From the NCBI GenBank assembly GCA_963676915.2, contig CAXXVK010000060.1, positions 153,514-217,513 on the forward strand: DNA of 64,000 nucleotides, read 5' to 3'. A model generated the notes under the pieces. It did not search any database. It was not told the DNA's origin and saw only the letters and a list, made by a program, of their open reading frames with translations. The DNA comes from Myxococcota bacterium. Lineage in GTDB: Bacteria > Myxococcota_A > SURF-8 > G963663525. Numbering within the stretch: position 1 is the first letter of the stretch; each line of letters starts with the position of its first letter. Positions 56,843 through 64,000 of the stretch are shown piece by piece. A program made the position numbers and the translations under genes.

Positions 56843-59059
56843 TTAAATCCTTTCGAAATCGTCGTCCGAAATATCCGGATCGTTCCCAAGATCGAGTCTC
56901 AATCCATGTTTTGGGTCTTTGAGGGATTTTGACCCGTTGGTTTTTGCTGGAGTAACCGTTGTATTCGATGCCCTGAAGGCTTGATGCGATCTGCCGTTCG
57001 ACAGTTTGAAGAACGCCACCTGCTCGTTCATACTGATGGCCTGACTGGACAATTCCTCGCTGGTAGCGGCCATTTCTTCGGTCGAAGCGGCGCTTTGCTG
57101 GATCACCTGGTCCAGCTCGTGGATGGCCTGGGTTACCTGTTCGATACCGTTGGCCTGTTCGTTGCTGCTGGCGTTGATTTCACGTACGAGATCGGAGGTT
57201 TTCTGGATCACCGGCACGATCTCTCGTAGCAATCCGCCCGCCTTTTCGGCGATTCCCACGCTGCTTTCGGAAAGTTCGCCGATCTCTTTCGCGGCAGTCT
57301 GGCTACGCTCGGCCAGCTTGCGGACTTCGGCGGCCACCACGGCGAACCCTTTGCCGTGCTCCCCGGCGCGGGCGGCTTCGATAGCGGCGTTCAACGCCAG
57401 CATATTGGTCTGGCGGGCGATCTCTTCGATAATATTGATCTTTTCGGCGATGCTTTTCATCGCTTCGACGGTCTGCGTTACCGCCGTGCCGCCTTCCTCG
57501 GCATCCTCGGCCGCTTTCGAGGCGATGGACGCGGTTTGCTGGGCGTTGTCGGCATTTTGCTTGACGGTGGCGCTCATTTCCTCCATCGAACTGGAAACCT
57601 CTTCCACGTTCGATGCCTGTTCCGAAGCGCCTTGCGCCATGGACTGCGAGGACGAATTGACCTGCTCGGAACCCACCGCCACCTGATTGGCCGCCCCCTG
57701 GACTTCGGTCACGACCTTGATCAGGTTGAGCACCATGTCATTGAGGGAAATGGCCAGCATATCGGATTGGGAACGGGGCTTGATGTCTACCGTAAGGTTA
57801 CCCTGGGCCACCTGTTCCACAAGATCGGCCATCGCCCGCTGAGCTTCCACCATTTCCTGCAAAGAGAACGCAAGTTCGTCTTTGTTCGAACGAGCTTGGA
57901 CGTCATGTGACAAATCCCCTTTGGCTACATCGCTGACGAGATTCGTCATTTTCCGCTGGGCTTCCACCATGTCCCTGAACGATTCGGCCAACTCGCCGAT
58001 TTCATCCTTGCTTTTGAAGTCGATCTTTAAATTCACGTCGCCGACGGCCAGTTCCTTGGAGGCTCCGACCATGGCAATCAGGGGATCGACAATCGCCCGG
58101 CTGATACGAATGGAAAGGAAGATACCAACGATGAGAGCCACGATGGCTGCAATAACACTGACAATGATGGAACGTTCGTTTTCCGCCACCAGCTTCGGAC
58201 CTAAAACATCCTGCTCGTTTTGGTTGGCGAGCTTGATTTCCTCAGCCAGTGAGGCCATGCCCGGTCCCAGAACGTCCAACGTGCTGGTAACGATTTCATT
58301 GCGTTTGATAATAGTTTCTGCGACCGAATCGAAAGCGTTTCGGTATTTTTCCTGGTTCTGGCTTACAGATGCCAAGTGTTCCCGGCGGTCGCGATTTTGC
58401 AGTTCGCTGTCCAGCACCTTTAAATAAGATTCGAATTGGCCCAGTTCTTTACCGACACGGTCGACGTGGCTTTGTGCGTTATCTTCCAGGAATTTAACAA
58501 CATACAGTCGTGCCAGTAGAAGGTTCCGCATGGCGAGACTTGCGTTATAGGCCGCCGTCATATCGTGATCGCGATTGGCCGTAGTGATGATGTCCGTCAA
58601 GTCGCGTTCCATCTCGGGACCGACAACGTTCAATACTTCATCTACCAGGTGATGGCGCTTGTCTTGTTTGACAACGATTTGCTCGAAGGCATTGTCATAG
58701 TTTTTCGCGTTTTTATCCATCTCCAGAAGCTTGTTTTTGCGCTCCCCTTCATGTTGATTTTCAGTAGCCGTTGTAATGAACTCTTCTACCTTGGCCCAAC
58801 GCTCTTCAAACTTCTGCTTCGCTTCGTCGGTTCCGGTTATGAGGTAGTTTTTCACCTCCATCCGGGCTTCGAGGAGATTGGCTTGAATCCTCCCCATCAA
58901 ATTCGTGCTGCGCGCAATGTTCCGGTAGGTTCCGAAACCCTCCGAGGCGTTGGATAACGCCAGGCTGGCGACAGCGGCGACGATGATCAGCAAGCCGATC
59001 ACAATGCCGAAACCGAACCGAATTTTGGACGCAACTTTCATGTTCTTGAAATCCACCAT
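56843..59059 (-). CDS. Methyl-accepting chemotaxis protein 3 (paralogue of MCP2 with an extra HAMP-like unit)
   Basis: Its N-terminal sensor is collinear with MCP2. A ~37-aa unit is duplicated before the MA domain. Confidence 0.93.
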   Translation of the reverse strand: MVDFKNMKVASKIRFGFGIVIGLLIIVAAVASLALSNASEGFGTYRNIARSTNLMGRIQANLLEARMEVKNYLITGTDEAKQKFEERWAKVEEFITTATENQHEGERKNKLLEMDKNAKNYDNAFEQIVVKQDKRHHLVDEVLNVVGPEMERDLTDIITTANRDHDMTAAYNASLAMRNLLLARLYVVKFLEDNAQSHVDRVGKELGQFESYLKVLDSELQNRDRREHLASVSQNQEKYRNAFDSVAETIIKRNEIVTSTLDVLGPGMASLAEEIKLANQNEQDVLGPKLVAENERSIIVSVIAAIVALIVGIFLSIRISRAIVDPLIAMVGASKELAVGDVNLKIDFKSKDEIGELAESFRDMVEAQRKMTNLVSDVAKGDLSHDVQARSNKDELAFSLQEMVEAQRAMADLVEQVAQGNLTVDIKPRSQSDMLAISLNDMVLNLIKVVTEVQGAANQVAVGSEQVNSSSQSMAQGASEQASNVEEVSSSMEEMSATVKQNADNAQQTASIASKAAEDAEEGGTAVTQTVEAMKSIAEKINIIEEIARQTNMLALNAAIEAARAGEHGKGFAVVAAEVRKLAERSQTAAKEIGELSESSVGIAEKAGGLLREIVPVIQKTSDLVREINASSNEQANGIEQVTQAIHELDQVIQQSAASTEEMAATSEELSSQAISMNEQVAFFKLSNGRSHQAFRASNTTVTPAKTNGSKSLKDPKHGLRLDLGNDPDISDDDFERI

Positions 59060-59245
59060 TTTTTCTCACCTTTCCTACGGATTATGGTACTTATCGCGAG
59101 AAAGACTTGAATCACTTCAAAGTGCACTTTCAATGGCTATCGCTTCCGCTTTTGCCCTTCTCTCCTCCTAAAAATCATTCATCAAGAAGGACGTTCCCCT
59201 CGGAAAAAGTAAAAACAGGTGAGGGGAACATCCGAATAGGTTGGC

Positions 59246-61597
59246 CTAGAAGGCTTCGAAATCTTTGTCGATGGCGTCATCGCTTCCGTCGAGAAGCAGT
59301 TTTACGCCTTTGGTGTCTCCGTTGCCGTGGTTGGAAGGCGGCGACTTTTTGCTGCTTGTGCGTGAAACGGGGCTTTTCATGCTTTGCCTGAAAGCCGACG
59401 AACCGGATCGCTTGATCTTGAAGAACGAGGCCGATTGCAGCAGTTGCTCGCCTTGACCAGAGAGTTCTTCGCTGGTGGCGGCCAGTTCCTCGGTGGAAGC
59501 GGCGCTTTGCTGGATCACCTGGTCGAGCTGGTGAATGGCCTGGGTTACCTGCTCGATGCCGTTGGCCTGTTCCGAACTGCTGGCGTTGATTTCACGCACG
59601 AGGTCGGAGGTTTTCTGAATCACCGGCACGATCTCGTTGAGCAATCCACCCGCTTTTTCGGCGATTTCCACGCTGCTTTCGGAGAGTTCGCCGATTTCTT
59701 TGGCGGCAGTCTGACTGCGTTCGGCCAGCTTGCGGACTTCGGCGGCCACCACGGCGAATCCCTTGCCGTGTTCCCCGGCGCGGGCGGCCTCGATGGCGGC
59801 GTTCAGCGCCAGCATGTTGGTCTGGCGGGCGATTTCCTCGATGATGTTGATTTTTTCGGCGATGCTCTTCATCGCTCCGACGGTTTGTGTTACCGCCGCG
59901 CCGCCTTCTTCGGCATCTTCTGCGGCTTTCGAGGCGATGGACGCGGTTTGCTGCGCGTTGTCGGCGTTCTGCTTGACGGTCGCGCTCATTTCTTCCATCG
60001 AGCTGGAAACTTCTTCCACGCTCGAAGCTTGCTCGGAAGCGCCCTGCGCCATGGATTGCGAAGACTGGTTGACCTGCTCCGCTCCGGTAGCTACTTGACC
60101 GGCTGCCGATTGCACGTCTTCGGCAAAGCGGGTGAGATTGCCAATCATGTTGTTGATGTTGTCGGCGATTTTCTCGAAGTTTGCGGCGATTTCAGCCGTG
60201 TCGTTATCCGAATCGGCCACTTGCACGTCCACGTTCAGATCGCCTTCGGAGACTTTACCCAGTGCAGTAACCAGCTTGCCGACTTCGCCTTCCTGGTAAT
60301 TGGCCTGCTTTTTCGCCACTCGCGCCGCTTCGCGAACGGCGGTTTGATCGATGATGAATTCAAACGCCGCCACGGCATTGCCGCTTTCGTTTTTGATCGG
60401 CGTGGAGATGTAATCGATTTCCATCCGATGATCGCCCGGTGTGGCGACGGTGGAGCTTTCCGTCATTTTACGGGTGTTCATCGCTCGTTCGCTGGCGCAG
60501 TTGGCCGTCTGGCATTCTCCACCTTTCAAAGAATGGTAGCATTTGGTTCCCAGCATTTTCTCCGGTGTGCTTCCCGAAATATTCGCCAATTGCTTGTTGG
60601 CAAACAGAATATTGAATTCCTCGTCTACGCCGAGCACGGGAATCGGCACGTTGTCCAGATGTCCAACCAGTTCGTCGGTAAGACCGTTGATGCCGTCCAC
60701 CATTTTCATCCAGGCGCCTTTGTATGCCGAAGAATCGCTGCGTTCGGTCAGACGCCCGGCCTTGACGTTGGCGCTCATACCGTTGACGTCATCCAGCAGT
60801 TTTCGCAATACCCCAATGACTTCGGCAAGTGCCGCCATCATCTGGCCGATTTCGTCCAGGCTTTTATCGGTGATTTCCTGGTCGATTTCTCCGGCGGCCA
60901 TCGCGGTCATCATGGACGAGGCATTGTTGAGCCGTTTGGCGATGGTGCGACTGATCCACCAGGCGAGTGCTGCGCAAAACAGCGTCAAAATGAGAGAAAA
61001 CACCAAAATGCGGTTGCGCCAACCCGCGATTTCCTCGTTGACGTCTTCGATATACATGCCGGTCCCCACAACCCATTGCCAGGGTTCGAAATACTGAACG
61101 TAGGAAATCTTCGGCACGATGCGGTTTTTCTGGTCTTTGTACTGCCACATGTAATCGACGAACCCAGCTTTGTCGCTCAAAGCCACGTCCACCATTTCCT
61201 CGAACATCTTTTTGCCGTGCGGGTCTTTGTTGTCCCTGACGCTTTTGCCTTCGAGCGCTAGGTTGAATGGGTGCATGACCATGATGTGGTCGGTATCGTT
61301 GATCCAGAAATAGTCATTCATTTCGGGACCATAGCGCACAGAACGCACGGCTTCGGCGGCTTGTTTGCGGCCTTCTTCATCGGTGAGCGTTCCGGCCACA
61401 ACCATGTCATGATAATGCTTGACGACAGATACAACGACTTCGGTCTGCTCCTTTATTTTTTCACGTTTCTTGTCTACCAGTCCGTCGCCGAACTGGGGAA
61501 CGATCCAACCCATGATGGAGCCAATGAACAGGGTAATGATAACGAAGCTCAATGAGAGGATTTTCCAGCCGATCTTCAGGTTCGAGAAGAATTTCAT
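59246..61597 (-). CDS. Methyl-accepting chemotaxis protein 4 (Cache-type sensor, HAMP, PAS-like, MA domain)
   Basis: Periplasmic Cache-like domain ([15 protein letters not shown]...), a HAMP domain, a cytoplasmic Cys-rich PAS-like segment, and the same signalling core. Confidence 0.93.
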   Translation of the reverse strand: MKFFSNLKIGWKILSLSFVIITLFIGSIMGWIVPQFGDGLVDKKREKIKEQTEVVVSVVKHYHDMVVAGTLTDEEGRKQAAEAVRSVRYGPEMNDYFWINDTDHIMVMHPFNLALEGKSVRDNKDPHGKKMFEEMVDVALSDKAGFVDYMWQYKDQKNRIVPKISYVQYFEPWQWVVGTGMYIEDVNEEIAGWRNRILVFSLILTLFCAALAWWISRTIAKRLNNASSMMTAMAAGEIDQEITDKSLDEIGQMMAALAEVIGVLRKLLDDVNGMSANVKAGRLTERSDSSAYKGAWMKMVDGINGLTDELVGHLDNVPIPVLGVDEEFNILFANKQLANISGSTPEKMLGTKCYHSLKGGECQTANCASERAMNTRKMTESSTVATPGDHRMEIDYISTPIKNESGNAVAAFEFIIDQTAVREAARVAKKQANYQEGEVGKLVTALGKVSEGDLNVDVQVADSDNDTAEIAANFEKIADNINNMIGNLTRFAEDVQSAAGQVATGAEQVNQSSQSMAQGASEQASSVEEVSSSMEEMSATVKQNADNAQQTASIASKAAEDAEEGGAAVTQTVGAMKSIAEKINIIEEIARQTNMLALNAAIEAARAGEHGKGFAVVAAEVRKLAERSQTAAKEIGELSESSVEIAEKAGGLLNEIVPVIQKTSDLVREINASSSEQANGIEQVTQAIHQLDQVIQQSAASTEELAATSEELSGQGEQLLQSASFFKIKRSGSSAFRQSMKSPVSRTSSKKSPPSNHGNGDTKGVKLLLDGSDDAIDKDFEAF

Positions 61598-61633
61598 GAT
61601 GCGGTCCTTTCACACAGGAGTATTGAATGCCGA

Positions 61634-63769
61634 CTAGGATTGCGCCGAGAGATCCTCGGTCTTCTCTTTGATTTTTCGGTTTTTACCGATGGAAACTTTT
61701 TCATCCATGTTGGCCATGCGTACGAGGCCCAACACGTCTACGATCAACGCCACATTGCCGTCGCCCATGATGGTCGCGCCGGACAGCCCGACGACATCCT
61801 GGTAAATACGTCCGAGGGATTTGATAACCGTCTGGTAGTCGCCGATCACCCGGTCCACCACCAGTCCGACGCGCTGGTCGCCGTGGTTGACGATCACCGC
61901 CTCCTCGATTTCCGGCCGGATACCTTCGATCCAGAACGTTTCGCGCAGGCGCACGAACGGCAGCAACTCGCCCCGGACCTGAATCAGATTTCGTCCACGA
62001 TCCAGTGCGATGGTTTCCGGTGTCATTTCAATGCATTCCACGATGGCATTGATGGGAATGACGTATTTTCCAGCCCCGATTTCGACCAGCAGACCGTCGA
62101 TGATCGCCAGCGTAAGAGGCAGGTAGAGATCGATTCGCGTGCCTTTTCCCGGTTGGCTGTCGATTTCGATCGATCCCCGCAGGCTTTCGATTTCCCGTTT
62201 CACCACGTCCATTCCCACGCCGCGTCCGGAAATCGATGTAACCGATTCCGCCGTGGAAAAGCCGGGGCGCATGATGAGGTTGAAAATTTCTTTTTCGGTC
62301 AAATCTTCGTCGGCGGCGATCAAGCCTTTTTCGATGGCTTTGGCGCGAATGGCTTCGGGGTTCAGTCCTTTTCCGTCGTCTTCGATGGAAATCACCACGT
62401 TCGCTCCCCGATGCATGGCGGACAGGCGGATCGTGCCACGCTCCGGCTTTCCGGCTTCCAATCGTGCTTCCTGGCCTTCGATACCATGGTCCAGGCTGTT
62501 GCGAATCAGGTGCACCAGGGGGTCTCCGAGGCGGTCGATGACGGTTTTGTCCATTTCCGTCTCACCACCCTGGGTGACGAGATCGATTTGCTTGTTCAGT
62601 TCCGACGAGAGGTCGCGTACCAGGCGACGGAAGCGGCTGAACGTCCCGCCGATGGGCATCATGCGGATATTCAGCACGATATCGCGCAATTCTCCGGTCA
62701 GGCGATCCACTTCCTCCACCGGAGAATCGAGTTCGAGACTGTCGATTTTCGAGGCCACGCGGGACAATTGCGCCTGGGTGATGACCAGCTCGCCGACGAG
62801 ATTGATAAGGTTATCGAGTTTGTCGGCGGGAACGCGAACCGTTTCTCTGGCAGTGGCTTTGTTGAAAGCCTGCAACGCTTTCTGTTCTTGAAGCGCCGAT
62901 TGGATTTTCGTCTTGGAGACGCCTTTTGTCTCGGAGAGAAGATCGCCAATACGTTTTTGCGTTCCTAAAACCTGTTCGATATCTTCCGCTTTGGCATCGC
63001 CACGATCGACGAGAATTTCTCCCAACCGTGGGATGTCTTCGGCTTCTTCTTCGGAAATACGCCGAATATCGATTTCGCATTCATCCTCGACGAAAATGAA
63101 CACGTCGCGGATGTCGTCCTCGTTGTTGGAGGTGGTTAGGACGATATCCCAGGACAAATAGCACCTTTCCGGGTCGATTTCGTCCAGCGGGGGAATGGCT
63201 TCGAGGTTCGTGATGACTTCGCATTCCCCAAGCCCTTTTAGCTCGTCGATCAGAAGTGCCGGGTCCATTCCCCTGGAAAATATTTCGGGATCGCCTTGGA
63301 AACGGACCCGGTACACCTGTTTGCTGGGAGGAGCGGCTTCTTCTTCTGGTTTTTGCTCTTTCGTCTCTTTCATCGCCTTTTTGGCGGAACGCGGCATCAG
63401 TTCGTGCAAACGCTCGATAATCTTCAGGTTTTGCGTATGGCTGACGCTCGGACCACCCTGGCTTTGGTCGAGCATGGCGCTGATTTGATCGCGGGAGATC
63501 AAAATCAGGTCGATGAAATCTTTTGAGATTTTCATCTTTCCTTCGCGCACGAGATCCAACGCGGTTTCGACGTGGTGGGTAAAGTCCGCGATGTCGTCGA
63601 ACCCGAACATCGACCCCGAACCCTTGATCGTATGCATGGCTCGGAACAGCCGGTTGACCGCATCGATGTCCTCGGGATCGGACTCGATATTCAAAATGCA
63701 CTCCTCGATATCCGTAAGGAGTTCTTCGGCTTCCTGCAAAAAAAACGTCGGCAAAGTTGGCGGATTCAC
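61634..63769 (-). CDS. cheA: Chemotaxis histidine kinase CheA
   Basis: GTG start. Hpt domain (FRAMHTIKGSGSMFG), dimerisation domain, HATPase domain (HLIRNSLDHGIE, DDGKGL, GRGVGMDVV) and a CheW-like P5 domain. Confidence 0.95.
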   Translation of the reverse strand: MNPPTLPTFFLQEAEELLTDIEECILNIESDPEDIDAVNRLFRAMHTIKGSGSMFGFDDIADFTHHVETALDLVREGKMKISKDFIDLILISRDQISAMLDQSQGGPSVSHTQNLKIIERLHELMPRSAKKAMKETKEQKPEEEAAPPSKQVYRVRFQGDPEIFSRGMDPALLIDELKGLGECEVITNLEAIPPLDEIDPERCYLSWDIVLTTSNNEDDIRDVFIFVEDECEIDIRRISEEEAEDIPRLGEILVDRGDAKAEDIEQVLGTQKRIGDLLSETKGVSKTKIQSALQEQKALQAFNKATARETVRVPADKLDNLINLVGELVITQAQLSRVASKIDSLELDSPVEEVDRLTGELRDIVLNIRMMPIGGTFSRFRRLVRDLSSELNKQIDLVTQGGETEMDKTVIDRLGDPLVHLIRNSLDHGIEGQEARLEAGKPERGTIRLSAMHRGANVVISIEDDGKGLNPEAIRAKAIEKGLIAADEDLTEKEIFNLIMRPGFSTAESVTSISGRGVGMDVVKREIESLRGSIEIDSQPGKGTRIDLYLPLTLAIIDGLLVEIGAGKYVIPINAIVECIEMTPETIALDRGRNLIQVRGELLPFVRLRETFWIEGIRPEIEEAVIVNHGDQRVGLVVDRVIGDYQTVIKSLGRIYQDVVGLSGATIMGDGNVALIVDVLGLVRMANMDEKVSIGKNRKIKEKTEDLSAQS

Positions 63770-63798
63770 TCATGGTATTAAATCCTTATAAACGAGGG

Positions 63799-64000
63799 TT
63801 ATTTCAGGACTTTCTTTACGACGGAAACGAGTTGGGGCGGCTTGAACGGCTTGACGATCCACCCTGTGGCCCCCGCCTTTTTTCCTTCGAGTTTTTTTCC
63901 GCTTTCCGATTCGGTCGTCAGCATGACGATGGGAATGAACTTGTACTCTTTCCGGCTGCGGACCTCCCGGATGAGTTCGAGTCCGTTCATGTTGGGCATG
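63799..64000 (-). CDS. cheY: CheY-like response regulator, C-terminal part (the N-terminus is outside the window)
   Basis: ...MPNMNGLELIREVR....IPIVMLTTES......GKKAGATGWIVKPF is the typical receiver C-terminal half. It lies directly upstream of cheA. Confidence 0.85.
   Translation of the reverse strand, partial: MPNMNGLELIREVRSRKEYKFIPIVMLTTESESGKKLEGKKAGATGWIVKPFKPPQLVSVVKKVLK

Overview
This is a chromosomal 64-kb window with about 50 protein-coding genes on both strands. I saw no rRNA, tRNA or CRISPR array. The gene content includes MJ0042-type zinc-ribbon/TPR giant proteins, a Ser/Thr kinase + FHA pair, a sigma-54 activator, RNase Y, LapA/LapB, an HDOD protein and many TPR lipoproteins. 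That mix looks like a Desulfobacterota/Myxococcota-type (delta-proteobacterial) genome, but the assignment is inference only. The left edge holds the end of an IS5-family IS running into a GIY-YIG gene, followed by a lipoprotein / SxtJ-like / carbamoyltransferase / SxtK-like (DUF5989) cluster. Recognisable housekeeping genes are thrS, sppA-lapA-lapB, zapA, rny, bioA and ferritin. The right quarter (49.5-64 kb) is one minus-strand chemotaxis cluster: cheY-cheA-4 x MCP-cheW-cheR-cheB. The most interesting content is non-coding. (i) A sigma-54 -24/-12 promoter drives a ~130-nt, hairpin-rich, C-run-rich, terminator-ended sRNA candidate. It sits between a divergent NtrC-family activator (coupled to an outer-membrane channel gene) and a histidine kinase (43.0-43.4 kb), which is a LuxO/Qrr-like layout. 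(ii) Two copies of a ~95-nt structured-RNA core carry compensatory changes (40.0 and 49.2 kb). (iii) A 175-bp MITE family has 3 copies flanked by TTAG/TTAA/CTAG, an IS5-like YTAR target duplication. (iv) GTAG-headed REP hairpins bracket an AT-rich orphan ORF. (v) A rod-like RNA candidate (possibly 6S) lies between zapA and rny. Protein-level oddities are a TM-less ERG2/sigma-1-receptor homologue in an STPK/FHA operon, an ABC1/UbiB-like membrane protein lacking the catalytic Asp, two histidine kinases with degenerate ATP-binding boxes, an orphan radical-SAM enzyme, and four MCPs whose signalling modules are near-identical while their sensor domains are unrelated. All calls come from reading the sequence and the ORF track; no searches were run.
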